From Minisyncoccia bacterium (GTDB lineage Bacteria > Patescibacteriota > Minisyncoccia > Phycocordibacterales > UBA918), in the NCBI GenBank assembly GCA_041750655.1, contig JBGSYZ010000013.1, positions 4,769 through 68,768 of the forward strand: 64,000 nucleotides of DNA. The letters run 5' to 3'. The notes beneath the pieces are model-generated. The model was not told the origin of the DNA. It saw nothing but the letters and a program-made list of their open reading frames with translations, and ran no database searches. Positions 28,691 through 38,808 of this stretch are shown here, piece after piece; positions within the stretch are counted from its first letter, which is position 1; each line of letters begins with the position of its first letter. The translations under genes and the position numbers were made by a program.

Positions 28691-29173
28691 TTATAACCAA
28701 AACAAAATTACAATCGGAGTGAGTAACCACCAAAAGAAATACTCTTTGGGGGCAAAGAGGGTTTGGATTGGTGAACCGGGTGTGATGAACTCAGTAATCG
28801 GAAGCACGTTGTAACTAAACGATATTACTAAGGCGGAGGCCGCGAACGCAAACAACATTTTTATGCCAAAACCTTGGAACGCCTTTTCATCAAATTCACG
28901 GGGCATGAGGCGAGCAAACAGCCAAAAGGAAATGATGGTGAAAAATACAAAGACAGATATACGAATCATTGATTCGGCGCCTGGGCCCACCCCGGCAATC
29001 ATAGATTCATAGTATGGAAAACGCAGAGACAACAAAAGCCCTAGGTATAGGGCCATAATAGCGTTTATGAGGGTTTGTTTGCCCTTGGCCATAGCGAGGA
29101 CTAAAAAGGCGCCGAAGACTACTAGCAAAAAGGTAATTTCTTTTAGGAAATCAATAATGGCGGAGGTATCCAT
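28691..29173 (-). CDS. hypothetical membrane protein
   Basis: 160-aa ORF with ~5 TM segments. Confidence 0.7.
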   Translation of the reverse strand: MDTSAIIDFLKEITFLLVVFGAFLVLAMAKGKQTLINAIMALYLGLLLSLRFPYYESMIAGVGPGAESMIRISVFVFFTIISFWLFARLMPREFDEKAFQGFGIKMLFAFAASALVISFSYNVLPITEFITPGSPIQTLFAPKEYFFWWLLTPIVILFWL

Positions 29174-29258
29174 CCTTTATATTATACGCCATATCGGGGG
29201 GATTTTTTGGAGAAAAATTCCTGCCTGTTTACATTTAATAGTAGCTTCGCTGGTTTGG

Positions 29259-29678
29259 CTACGCCAGTCGGTCAATAGCGTATTTGGTGGCATATTGTAC
29301 ATGCTTGAACCTGTCTCCCATGAGTTTTACTCCGCCGAACCATCGGGTTACACAAATGACTGTATTGGAAATATTTTCTTTTTGCATGACGCGAAGGATG
29401 ACCATACCGGCGCCAGTTTCTCCGTCGTCGTTTTTAGTTTCAAAGATAGCGCCTTCGTGGGATACACGGGCCGCCCACGAATTGTGAGTGGCCTTTTGAT
29501 ATTTCTTATTTTTCTTAAGTGTTTTGAGAAAAGACTTTATATCTTCCCTGTTTTCTACTCGGCCTATACTAACAGAATATTGACTGCCACGGTCTTCAAT
29601 TATTTTTTCGTACAGAATAAAAACTTCGTTTGCTTCGCGAGTATCGCCAAAATCAAATTGTGTAGATTGGTGGGGCAT
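29259..29678 (-). CDS. YigZ/IMPACT family protein
   Basis: ATHNSWA, DDGETGAG, VTRWFGGVKL. Confidence 0.9.
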   Translation of the reverse strand: MPHQSTQFDFGDTREANEVFILYEKIIEDRGSQYSVSIGRVENREDIKSFLKTLKKNKKYQKATHNSWAARVSHEGAIFETKNDDGETGAGMVILRVMQKENISNTVICVTRWFGGVKLMGDRFKHVQYATKYAIDRLA

Positions 29679-29829
29679 GTTGACGTATTACTAGGTGTTC
29701 TTGACAGCTTTGCTGTCTGTAAGCACCAAGTGTCTGCTGCCACAGCTCGCGGTTCGTCTCCCTAGTAAAAGGCGACTCACAGCGCTCCGCTTTATCTAAG
29801 CTGAAAACAATGACTCGTTTTCATTTTGC

Positions 29830-30903
29830 TTAGATACCTTCCAGTTGGAGTTCCTCTATAAGCTGCTTAGCCTTACGAGACAGCTTTTGGGGCATATCGA
29901 TGGAAATCTTGACCATGAAGTCGCCGCGGCGGCCATCTTGTGGGACACCCTTCCCTTTTATGCGTAGGGACTCACCATGTTTTACACCAGCTGGAATTTT
30001 GATATCAACTGAGCCGTCTAAAGTTTCTACGTGGTAGGTGCTACCGAGTAACGCATCAGATAGTTTTAAGTGCAGTGGTGAGATAAGATTATTACCCTCA
30101 CGCTTGATACTAGGATGTGGTTTAACGTGAATCTTTACGTACAAGTCGCCGGGTTGACCGTGTGGCATGGCTTCACCGCGACCGGTCATACGAATCATTT
30201 CACCGTTTTGAATACCAGAGGGAATATTGATTGCTATTTCTTCTTCACCGCGTTTAATGCCAGTGCCAGCACAATCGCCGCAACGGTCTTTAGGAATTTT
30301 TCCAGTCCCACGACAGGCAGTACATTCTCTGACAGTTTGGAAGCTACCCATAACACTTTGACGAACTTCCCGTACACGTCCTTTTCCATTACAGGTTTTG
30401 CACTCAGTTTGTTCAGTACCAGGTTTGGCACCAGAACCGTCACATGTGGCGCACATATTATTTTTGGTCAGAAGAACCTTGCGAGTCATACCAAACACAG
30501 CATCTTTAAAAGACAGTTCTATATCGATAGAAATATCCCGACCACGAGCTTGTTGTTGGCGATCACCACCAAACCCAAACTGTTCAAAGATGTCACCGAG
30601 ATCGAATTCAAAACCACCACCTTGTCCTTGCGCTTGGGCAAAATCTTGCCAAGAAAAACCACCAAAGCCACCACCTGGTTGACCACCACCAGCGTTTTGA
30701 TAGGCGTGACCATAGGTATCGTACTCAGCTTTCTTTTTATCATCAGATAAAACAGCGTAGGCTTCGCTAATTTCCTTAAACTTGGCTTCGTCACCAGTTT
30801 TTTTATCAGGATGATACTGAGCGGCCAACTTTCGAAAAGCCTTTTTCACTTCGTCTTTATTGGCGCCTTTTTCAAGACCAAGAATTTTGTAGTAATCCTT
30901 CAT
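29830..30903 (-). CDS. dnaJ: chaperone DnaJ
   Basis: J-domain HPD, G/F region, four CxxCxGxG repeats. Confidence 0.97.
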   Translation of the reverse strand: MKDYYKILGLEKGANKDEVKKAFRKLAAQYHPDKKTGDEAKFKEISEAYAVLSDDKKKAEYDTYGHAYQNAGGGQPGGGFGGFSWQDFAQAQGQGGGFEFDLGDIFEQFGFGGDRQQQARGRDISIDIELSFKDAVFGMTRKVLLTKNNMCATCDGSGAKPGTEQTECKTCNGKGRVREVRQSVMGSFQTVRECTACRGTGKIPKDRCGDCAGTGIKRGEEEIAINIPSGIQNGEMIRMTGRGEAMPHGQPGDLYVKIHVKPHPSIKREGNNLISPLHLKLSDALLGSTYHVETLDGSVDIKIPAGVKHGESLRIKGKGVPQDGRRGDFMVKISIDMPQKLSRKAKQLIEELQLEGI

Positions 30904-31062
30904 AGTAGTGGTTTTAGTAGGATAATTGCAGTTGCTGGTAGTATGTCATCCCATTAAAAAATTACAAGTTTTTGAATGGTGTATTAATGTATCTGAATTT
31001 TAATAGGACAAACAGCAAGTGAAAGTGCGCAAAAGACGGAGTCTTTTGCGCACCACATCACT

Positions 31063-32976
31063 TTACACTTTCCCTTCTTCTGGAGTATCTTTCTTCACTT
31101 CTTCAGCGTCGCGGACTGGGTTTTCTTCAGTAGTCTGTTCTGCTCCCGCGGCTGCTTGGCCTTCAGCACTACTAGCCGCCTTACTCATTGCTTCACCAAT
31201 CTTTTGGGTAGCAGTTGAAAGCGCTTCAGTAGCAGTTTTAATAGCAGCGATATCTTCCTTGTCTTTCACTTCTTTAAGGGCAGAAAGCTTTTCTTCCACT
31301 TCCTTCTTTACATCATCTCCAATCTTGTCACCATAATCTTTTAGAGATTTTTCAGAAGTGTATATGAGTTGGTCTGCTATATTACGTGCTTCAATCACTT
31401 CTTTCTTCTTCTTGTCTTCGTCGGCGTGGGCTTCCGCGTCTTGTTTCATTTTTTCAATATCTTCTTCAGACAGGCCGGAGTTAGCTTCAATACGAATCGA
31501 CTGTTCTTTACCAGTTGATTTATCTTTTGCTTTTACATTTAACACACCGTTACTATCGACGTCGAACGTTACTTCAATTTGTGGTACACCACGTGGCGCT
31601 GGTGGAATGCCATCGAGCACAAACTTACCAAGTGATTTATTGTCAGCAGCCATTGGGCGCTCACCTTGAGTAATGTGAATTTCAGTTGAAGTCTGATTGT
31701 CGGCAGCGGTAGAAAATACCTGCTCTTTCTTTGTTGGAATGTGGGTGTTTTTTTCAATTAGTTTAGTCGCTACTCCACCCATGGTTTCGATACCCAGTGA
31801 CAATGGAATAACGTCTACCAAAGTAATATCTTGCACATCGCCTTGGAAAATACCGGCTTGGATAGCTGCACCAAGCGCTACCACCTCGTCTGGGTTTACA
31901 TTTTTATTTGGCTCCTTACCAAATAAATCCTTTACCGCTTTTACAATTGCTGGCATGCGAGTTTGGCCACCTACCAAAATCACTTCATTAATCTCGGCTG
32001 GTTTCATTGATGAGGCTTCTAAGGCTCGTTTGATAATCTCGATTGATTTATCAATGTATGGTGCTGCTAGTTCTTCTAATTTCGCTCGGGTCAGTTTGAT
32101 AAGCATATGCTTTGGACCTTCAGCTCCAGAAGTAATGAATGGAATGTTTACTTCTGTATCTACTGAAGAGGACAGCTCAAGCTTGGCCTTTTCAGCTGCT
32201 TCATCAAGCCGTTGTAGTGCTAAGGAATCTTTACCAAGATCAATTCCTTCAGACTTCTTAAATTCAGCAATCAGGTAACGAACAATTTCTTGGTCAATAT
32301 CTCGTCCACCCATATGAGCGTCACCGTCGGTTGATTGTACTTCTACAACGTCATCCCCAACTTCGAGCACGGTCACGTCGAAAGTTCCACCACCGAAGTC
32401 ATATACTACTATCTTCTCGTCTTTCTTTTTGTTAAATCCATACGAGAGTGCCGCCGCTGTTGGTTCGTTAATGATTCGTCGTACGTTGAGTCCAGCAATC
32501 TTGCCTGCGTCTTGTGTAGCTTTGCGTTGGGCGTCATTAAAGTACGCCGGCACCGTAATAACTGCTTCGGTTATAGTCTCACCTGTCTTGGCTTCAGCAT
32601 CAGCTTTAAGCTTAGAAAGAATCATGGCTGATACTTCCTCAGGACGATAATCTTTATCACCCATAGTGACCATCGCTCCACCGTCACTCCCCTTCTTTAC
32701 TTCATACGGCACGATCTCTTTGTCTTTCTGAACCGCAGCTTCGTCAAAATTATGACCCATGAAGCGCTTAATACCGTAAATAGTATTCTTAGGGTTGGTT
32801 ACTGCTTGTCGTTTAGCTATTTGTCCCACCAGTCTTTCGCCGGTTTTAGAAATAGCCACCACTGATGGTGTGGTTCTGGTTCCTTCTGCGTTTTCTATAA
32901 TTTTTGGTTCACCGCCTTCGATGATAGCCATCGCTGAGTTGGTTGTTCCTAAATCGATTCCTAAAATTTTTGCCAT
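31063..32976 (-). CDS. dnaK: chaperone DnaK
   Basis: [25 protein letters not shown]. Confidence 0.99.
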   Translation of the reverse strand: MAKILGIDLGTTNSAMAIIEGGEPKIIENAEGTRTTPSVVAISKTGERLVGQIAKRQAVTNPKNTIYGIKRFMGHNFDEAAVQKDKEIVPYEVKKGSDGGAMVTMGDKDYRPEEVSAMILSKLKADAEAKTGETITEAVITVPAYFNDAQRKATQDAGKIAGLNVRRIINEPTAAALSYGFNKKKDEKIVVYDFGGGTFDVTVLEVGDDVVEVQSTDGDAHMGGRDIDQEIVRYLIAEFKKSEGIDLGKDSLALQRLDEAAEKAKLELSSSVDTEVNIPFITSGAEGPKHMLIKLTRAKLEELAAPYIDKSIEIIKRALEASSMKPAEINEVILVGGQTRMPAIVKAVKDLFGKEPNKNVNPDEVVALGAAIQAGIFQGDVQDITLVDVIPLSLGIETMGGVATKLIEKNTHIPTKKEQVFSTAADNQTSTEIHITQGERPMAADNKSLGKFVLDGIPPAPRGVPQIEVTFDVDSNGVLNVKAKDKSTGKEQSIRIEANSGLSEEDIEKMKQDAEAHADEDKKKKEVIEARNIADQLIYTSEKSLKDYGDKIGDDVKKEVEEKLSALKEVKDKEDIAAIKTATEALSTATQKIGEAMSKAASSAEGQAAAGAEQTTEENPVRDAEEVKKDTPEEGKV

Positions 32977-33086
32977 AATGTACTATCGTTAATTTCTAGT
33001 TTTTGTTAAATCTCTACCTTTACTTTCATGTTGCACGAAGTGCGTTTCTGCTTTTTTCTGATTTTACCATTTTAACTACATGAAAG

Positions 33087-33683
33087 TTAGGGTGAGGTAA
33101 ATTCTCCTACCATAACCCGAGCCGGGCGTATTACGTCTGTCGATCCATTATCTTCCATGGTATAGCCAGGTTGAATGACAGTAATAATTTTATGGTGTTC
33201 CGCTTCATTAGTAACCGGAACATTTCCCATGGCGTCATGTAAGTTTGGATCAAATTCTTCACCAATTGGGTTAATGGTTTTGACTTTATGTGATTGTAAT
33301 ACTCCTTGTAATTGAGTAAAGATACTCTCTACTCCCTTGCGCCAGACTTCATCGACATTATTCCAAACCTCCTTGTTATTCATGGCCATATGGAAACTGT
33401 CGCACAATGGCAGCAATTCCTCTATGAAATGAATAGAAGTTCTTTTTTTATCTTTGAGGCGATCTTCCTCCATTCGTTTTCGAGCGTTGAGGAAATCGGC
33501 TTTGGCCCGTTGAAGCTCTTCTAGGTTGGTAAGTTTATCAGCTTCGCACTTCTTTAATTTATCTCGTAATTTTTTAATCTTGTCTCCAGCCTGCATTTCA
33601 GCATCTTCCAAATCAATGTCGTCACTGGAAACTGTGTCTTCAAATTCAATGTTATCTTCGATTGTTTCTTCTTTATCTAACAT
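33087..33683 (-). CDS. grpE: nucleotide exchange factor GrpE
   Basis: RAKADFLNARKR, FDPNLHDA, IRPARV; TTGACA-17-TATAAT at 33721-33693. Confidence 0.95.
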   Translation of the reverse strand: MLDKEETIEDNIEFEDTVSSDDIDLEDAEMQAGDKIKKLRDKLKKCEADKLTNLEELQRAKADFLNARKRMEEDRLKDKKRTSIHFIEELLPLCDSFHMAMNNKEVWNNVDEVWRKGVESIFTQLQGVLQSHKVKTINPIGEEFDPNLHDAMGNVPVTNEAEHHKIITVIQPGYTMEDNGSTDVIRPARVMVGEFTSP

Positions 33684-33819
33684 AGCTACAGTATTATAAA
33701 TTTAATTTTTACTTCTGTCAAAGTTTAAAATATTTATGTTCTACTTCACTTTTTTACGCTTCTCAACATTATTACATTTTATACATACATTTTTGTTGCC
33801 AAAATGATATTATTTTAGT

Positions 33820-34057
33820 ACCCGCTCTTTGGTGGGGTGTTAGGAGGAGAATGCTCATTGTAGCTTCCTCTACGAACATGTTTTGAATCAAAGTAATACT
33901 CTCTACGTGTATTGCTTACATACCAAGCTTTCTACACTAGACGGTATGTCACTCCAACAAACCCATGTTGGTTTAGGTCCTGGAGGTAGGACTGGAGCAC
34001 ATGATTTAGTCTAGTAGAACACATAGCCCAGGTTTATCCTGGGTTTTTGTGTACCCC
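33820..34057 (+). ncRNA. candidate structured RNA with possible pseudoknot and SD-led 11-codon ORF (33851-33886)
   Basis: Several hairpins, loop 33930-33942 complementary to 34009-34019, terminator 34025-34050. Confidence 0.35.
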
Positions 34058-34134
34058 CCTACTACTATTTTAAAGAAATAGAGCTAGGAAAGACCTGGTT
34101 ATAATTTATAAAACATATTTTTAAAAAATCTAGA

Positions 34135-34256
34135 TTGCAGAAGAAACATCAGGTGTGTATAATGTGTGAACCTTTAGCTTACGTTGGAGGTAAAATGATA
34201 AGAGTCTCCGGACACTTATCGGCTGCAAAAAATCCCGCTTGCGGGATTTTTTGTTT
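34135..34256 (+). ncRNA. candidate three-hairpin sRNA with its own promoter
   Basis: TTGCAG-17-TATAAT, two hairpins, terminator AAAAAATCCCGC-TT-GCGGGATTTTTT. Confidence 0.45.
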
Positions 34257-34351
34257 GTATAGGAAAAGGCGCCGCGATGCGGCGCCTTGGTGAAGTCGAA
34301 ACTACTAAGTCGACTTCTCTTTAGGAAACACACAGTTCTGGATAAATTTGA

Positions 34352-34576
34352 TCATGCCGGCTTTGGCAATGTTAGGGTTTCTGTTCCAGAATGTTTCCAT
34401 CTCAGCTTTGCTTGTGCCGATGTCTTCATCGGTCGCATTTTACCCAAGATAAATTTGACTGAACTCAGTACCATCCAAGCGTCAATCTGACTTTCCTCGG
34501 AAGTGTTCCCAGCACGAAGTTCAGCGACACAGTTCTTGAAGGACGCTACTAGCCCTTCTTTGCCTTCGTCAATCAT
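34352..34576 (-). CDS. 74-aa orphan protein
   Basis: TTGACA-16-TATAAT (34629-34602), GGAGG before ATG, GC terminator at 34264-34288. Confidence 0.6.
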   Translation of the reverse strand: MIDEGKEGLVASFKNCVAELRAGNTSEESQIDAWMVLSSVKFILGKMRPMKTSAQAKLRWKHSGTETLTLPKPA

Positions 34577-34781
34577 TTGCTTCCTCCAAAAAACTAAAAA
34601 TATTATACTTATATTAAGTGTTTTGTCAATTCAATATTTAAAACAAAAAAACGAAGCAAGTGTGCTTCGTTCCTTCGTTTAGTATTACGAAACGTAATTA
34701 CGTTTGTTTCCACCTAGCCCTGGTTCGCCATCAAGGCTCACATCGGGCTTCCTGCCTGGAGGCAGGACCAGAGCAAACGCG

Positions 34782-35183
34782 TTAGCGTTTGCTCCAAGCT
34801 CCTCGCTTCCGAGCCTTCTTAAGTCCAAATTTCTTTCGTTCCACTGAACGTGGATCACGCATAAGGAAGCCTAGTGATTTTAGGACACCACGTCGCTCTC
34901 CTTTCTCTTTAACTAGAGCTCGAGCGATACCAAGTCGAATTGCTTCTGCTTGTGATGATAACCCACCACCTGAAACTTTAGCAGTAATAGTGTAGGTACC
35001 TACACCCGCTTCGTCAACTCCTAAAACAGAATTAATATCCTTATTGTGTGACTCGTGTGCAAAATATTCCTCAACTGGTTTTTCGTTAACCACAACAGTA
35101 GTGGCTTTAGCTGGAGTAATGCGAACTCGAGCAGTTGAAGTTTTTCGTCGGCCGATGCCTTCTGTGTATTTTTCAGTTGCCAT
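34782..35183 (-). CDS. rpsI: 30S ribosomal protein S9
   Basis: GRRKTSTARV, GGG..QAEAIR, RDPRSVERKK. Confidence 0.98.
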   Translation of the reverse strand: MATEKYTEGIGRRKTSTARVRITPAKATTVVVNEKPVEEYFAHESHNKDINSVLGVDEAGVGTYTITAKVSGGGLSSQAEAIRLGIARALVKEKGERRGVLKSLGFLMRDPRSVERKKFGLKKARKRGAWSKR

Positions 35184-35184
35184 A

Positions 35185-35547
35185 TTATTCGCTTAATTCT
35201 AAATTCTTTAAAAGTTTACTTTGAAGTTTATTCTTCGGGAGCATGTTTCGTACAGAACGTTTGAACACTTCAGGGTAACCAAGACGCTTAGCTAGATGTT
35301 CGAGCGTCTCTTCGCTACGTCCTCCTGGGTATCCAGAGTATGATTGATAAATTTCCTCTTTTTTCTTTTCTGGGATATCCATCTTACTTAGGTTTGTTAC
35401 CTTAACAGTAACTGGAGCAATTACGTTCTTAGCAAAATCAGGTTGATCTTTACCCATCAAAATTACCGCCACTTCTGTAGCCAGCTTTCCAAGACGACGT
35501 CCTGTGGCGTCTACTTCAACTATTTTGTTTTCCAATTCAGTATTCAT
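35185..35547 (-). CDS. rplM: 50S ribosomal protein L13 (short, 120 aa)
   Basis: DATGRRLGKLA, LMGK, SGYPGG, MLPKN. Confidence 0.95.
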   Translation of the reverse strand: MNTELENKIVEVDATGRRLGKLATEVAVILMGKDQPDFAKNVIAPVTVKVTNLSKMDIPEKKKEEIYQSYSGYPGGRSEETLEHLAKRLGYPEVFKRSVRNMLPKNKLQSKLLKNLELSE

Positions 35548-35549
35548 AA

Positions 35550-35903
35550 CTATACAAGCTCAATTACAGCTTCATCACGGCCCGCTGCAGTGCGACCCAT
35601 TTTAATAATACGAGTGTAGCCACCGTCACGCTCTTTGTACTTTGGAGCCACTTCTGTGAAAAGATTTTTAATGAAGTCAGCGCTTGGTTCACCAAGACGA
35701 GTAGAGACAGTTCGTCGAGCAGCCACGGTGTCTTTTTTGGCAGTCGTGATAAGTTTTTCTACAAATGGACGAACTTCTTTAGCTTTTGCTTCAGTAGTTT
35801 TGATTTTTCCGTTTTCAAACAAAGAAATCGCAAGACCACGCAAAAGAGCAGTACGCAAGCGACTTGTTCTTCCTAGTGTTCGGTTGTTTGTGCGGTGTTG
35901 CAT
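35550..35903 (-). CDS. rplQ: 50S ribosomal protein L17
   Basis: IKTTEAKAKE, GGYTRIIK. Confidence 0.97.
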   Translation of the reverse strand: MQHRTNNRTLGRTSRLRTALLRGLAISLFENGKIKTTEAKAKEVRPFVEKLITTAKKDTVAARRTVSTRLGEPSADFIKNLFTEVAPKYKERDGGYTRIIKMGRTAAGRDEAVIELV

Positions 35904-35920
35904 ATTTCTGTATTAATTGA

Positions 35921-36880
35921 TTATTCAGACAAATTTAGTTTCATTGAAGCCAAGACATCTTCAATTTCTTCAACCCCTTTAGGGCCGAGACCATCGAGCG
36001 CTAGGATATCATCTTTTTTCTTTCGAACAAGTCCACCAATAGTTCTGATGCTAGCTGCTTCAAGCGCATTTTGAGTTCGTGTAGAAAGATCTAGGGTCTC
36101 GATGCGTGTTTTTAGGACGTCCGGATCAGGTTCGGTCGAAGCTTCTACTTCAGGTTTTTCAGGCACTACTGCCTTCTCAACTACTTCTTCTTGAAAACCA
36201 ATGACTGCCTTAAGTTGATGAATCATAATTTCAATTGCGTCTTCAAGGGCCTCACGTGGTGTCATTGTGCCATCAGTTTCTACTGATACACGAAGGCGGT
36301 TGTAGTCAGTTCGGTCACCCACACGCATGTTTTCTACTTCGTAGTTAGCACGACGAATTGGTGTAAATACAGCATCAAGCGCAATAGTACCGATTTCTAC
36401 TTTATCTTTTTGGTGAACTTCACGAGGTACATAGCCGAGACCATGTTCCACAGTCATTTCGATTTCTAGCTTTGTTGATTTAGCAGTGATTTCAGCAATT
36501 GGTTGGTCAGGATTAAGAATTTCTACTTGAGATGGAGCTTCAATGTTAGCTGCGGTCACCATTCCAGCGCCACTTGCTTTTAGTGTAACCTTCTGTGGTT
36601 CATCGCCGTGTAGTTTTAAGCGAAGACGTTTAATATTAAGAAGGATAGTGATTACATCTTCCTTAACACCGTCCATGGTAGAAAACTCGTGTTCAACACC
36701 ATCAATTTTTACTTGTGTAATAGCAGCCCCTGGAAGAGATGAAAGAATGATTCGTCGTAGTGAGTTACCAAGAGTATGACCGTAGCCTGGGAATAGACCG
36801 TCAATTTCGTAAGTACCAGAAAATTCCTCCTCTTTTACGATTCGTGGCTTACTTGGTAGGGCGATGTTTTTATCTAACAT
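35921..36880 (-). CDS. rpoA: RNA polymerase alpha subunit
   Basis: GYGHTLGNSLRRIILSS, HEFST, alpha-CTD. Confidence 0.98.
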   Translation of the reverse strand: MLDKNIALPSKPRIVKEEEFSGTYEIDGLFPGYGHTLGNSLRRIILSSLPGAAITQVKIDGVEHEFSTMDGVKEDVITILLNIKRLRLKLHGDEPQKVTLKASGAGMVTAANIEAPSQVEILNPDQPIAEITAKSTKLEIEMTVEHGLGYVPREVHQKDKVEIGTIALDAVFTPIRRANYEVENMRVGDRTDYNRLRVSVETDGTMTPREALEDAIEIMIHQLKAVIGFQEEVVEKAVVPEKPEVEASTEPDPDVLKTRIETLDLSTRTQNALEAASIRTIGGLVRKKKDDILALDGLGPKGVEEIEDVLASMKLNLSE

Positions 36881-36911
36881 AGTTTTGTTCTTACGTTATT
36901 AATTAAATACA

Positions 36912-37517
36912 CTATCGACTGTAGTATTCCAGTACTTGCTCTGGGTCAAACATCGATTCAGTTGGGTCGTGTGCTGGGGCACTCGCGACTGTTCCAGTCA
37001 TGCTCTTTAAATCAAACTTCAACCAACCTGGTACTGCTTGCGGGGCATGTTCTTCACCAATGTTGATTAGAAGACCAATCTGCTTACTTCCTTCTCGTAC
37101 AGAAATCTCGTCACCTTGTCGTACTTTATGTGATGGAGAAGTAATTTTCTTTCCGTTTACCACCACGTGTCCATGAGAAACCATTTGGCGTGATTGCTGG
37201 CGGCTTTTAGCAATTCCCATTCTGAACACAACGTTATCCAGTCGTGATTCAAGACGTTCCATCAAATGAGCGATTGGTTGTTGGCTTTTTAAGATAGCCT
37301 CATCTACATAGCGTCGAAGATGCTTTTCAGAAATACCGTACGTGTATCGCATCTTTTGTTTCTCAATTAACTGACGATTGTAGTCAGACATATTACCGCG
37401 ACGCTTTTTAAGGCGACCAGTTTTTGCTTCAGATAAAGCAAACTTGGCAGTTTGAGTTTTCGGGAAGATCGGTGCTCCCAGACGTTTTGCTATTTTAAAT
37501 TTAGGTCCTATTTTCAT
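36912..37517 (-). CDS. rpsD: 30S ribosomal protein S4
   Basis: EKQKMR, LESRLDNVVFR, EYYSR. Confidence 0.97.
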   Translation of the reverse strand: MKIGPKFKIAKRLGAPIFPKTQTAKFALSEAKTGRLKKRRGNMSDYNRQLIEKQKMRYTYGISEKHLRRYVDEAILKSQQPIAHLMERLESRLDNVVFRMGIAKSRQQSRQMVSHGHVVVNGKKITSPSHKVRQGDEISVREGSKQIGLLINIGEEHAPQAVPGWLKFDLKSMTGTVASAPAHDPTESMFDPEQVLEYYSR

Positions 37518-37529
37518 ACGCAAATAATA

Positions 37530-37961
37530 TTAAACACGGCGAGCTTTAGGTGGCTTCGGACCATTATGAGCAATCGGTGTGCGGTCAGTAATCTTTGAGA
37601 TAGTAATTCCTTTTCCAGCAAACGCGCGTAAGGCACTTTCTCGACCAGCACCAGCCCCTTTGATGATTACATTAGCTTCCTTCATACCCATCTGTTGGGC
37701 TTTTTCACCGATGATTTCACCTACCTTTGCTGCTGCAAACGGTGTACTCTTGCGAGACCCTTTGAAACCAACAGCGCCTGAAGAAGCAGCAATGATTGAA
37801 TTACCCTTTGAATCTGAAAGAGTAACAATTGTGTTATTGAAAGTAGCGAGAATATTCAAAGTTCCGACGGCTACTTTTTTCTTAGGGATACGGTTAAGAG
37901 CGCTTGAAGTTCCCGCTACATCTGATCCGCCACCTTTTTTCATGATTCTTTTCTTACCCAT
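37530..37961 (-). CDS. rpsK: 30S ribosomal protein S11
   Basis: TFNNT, GFKGSRKSTPFAA, TPIAHNG. Confidence 0.98.
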   Translation of the reverse strand: MGKKRIMKKGGGSDVAGTSSALNRIPKKKVAVGTLNILATFNNTIVTLSDSKGNSIIAASSGAVGFKGSRKSTPFAAAKVGEIIGEKAQQMGMKEANVIIKGAGAGRESALRAFAGKGITISKITDRTPIAHNGPKPPKARRV

Positions 37962-37987
37962 AGGTCAATCTGGTGTTACTAATTATT

Positions 37988-38365
37988 TTAAGTCTTTTCA
38001 AGCTTACGACGTCCTGAACCCATAGTCTTTTTAGCTCCTTTAAGAGTTCGAGCATTAGTCTTGGTTCGTTGTCCGCGAGCTGGCAAACGTTTAGCGTGTC
38101 GTGAACCTCGGTAGCTTCCAGTATCCTTTAGTCGCTTAATGTGTCCTGATACTTCACGCTTTAGTTCTCCTTCAATGGTAAAAGATTCAATTTTTTCACG
38201 AATAGCATTTTCTTGTTCAGTAGTTAAATCAGTTGGTTTCGTGAACTCGGCAATTTTTAATTCATTTAAAATAGCTTGTGCTCGAGCACGACCAATACCG
38301 TATACAGCGGTGAGTCCGAATTCTAAGTGTTTTTCGTCTGGGATTGTGATACCTGATACTCTCAT
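37988..38365 (-). CDS. rpsM: 30S ribosomal protein S13
   Basis: YGIG, YRG.RH, RGQRTKTNART. Confidence 0.98.
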   Translation of the reverse strand: MRVSGITIPDEKHLEFGLTAVYGIGRARAQAILNELKIAEFTKPTDLTTEQENAIREKIESFTIEGELKREVSGHIKRLKDTGSYRGSRHAKRLPARGQRTKTNARTLKGAKKTMGSGRRKLEKT

Positions 38366-38368
38366 ATA

Positions 38369-38488
38369 TTAGCCTTGGCGCATTTTACGACGTGGTTCTT
38401 TTTTATTAATAAGATACACACGACCTTTTCGTCGCACAATCTTATCACCTTTCGTCTTATTAGCTTTTACTGAACTTCGAACTTTCAT
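38369..38488 (-). CDS. rpmJ: 50S ribosomal protein L36, zinc-ligand-free form
   Basis: [39 protein letters not shown] between infA and rpsM; not in ORF track. Confidence 0.93.
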   Translation of the reverse strand: MKVRSSVKANKTKGDKIVRRKGRVYLINKKEPRRKMRQG

Positions 38489-38522
38489 GTGTTAAATAAA
38501 TTAGACTTGTCTGTACTAATAG

Positions 38523-38744
38523 TTAGCCTCGCTTAATGATTCTCCCCTTTCCGCCATATGGTTCAGGAACAATAGTTACTCTGTCCCCAACTAAAACTCG
38601 GATTCTAAACTTCCGCATCTTACCGGATAAATATGCTAAAGAAGTTTCGGTCTCACCATCAAGCAATACGCGAAAAAGCGCGTTAGGAAGCGCTTCCTCA
38701 ACTACGCCGTAGACGAGGTCTTTGTTATCTGATTCATCTGACAT
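38523..38744 (-). CDS. infA: translation initiation factor IF-1
   Basis: [23 protein letters not shown]. Confidence 0.96.
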   Translation of the reverse strand: MSDESDNKDLVYGVVEEALPNALFRVLLDGETETSLAYLSGKMRKFRIRVLVGDRVTIVPEPYGGKGRIIKRG

Positions 38745-38808
38745 CAAACGTGCACGAGTTTAACAAATGAATTGAAAAGAGTCAACAGTGTTTCCCACAT
38801 ATGCAGAA

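Noticed and set aside
29067-32631. Long plus-strand ORFs (29067..29765, 30115..30750, 31697..32278 and similar elsewhere)
   Set aside because: Antisense shadows of well-supported genes (yigZ-like, dnaJ, dnaK)
34380-34500. RNase P RNA (GAGGAAAGTC and ACAGAAA on the minus strand)
   Set aside because: No P4 partner (GGCTTA) or other conserved regions; better explained by the SD-led 74-aa ORF
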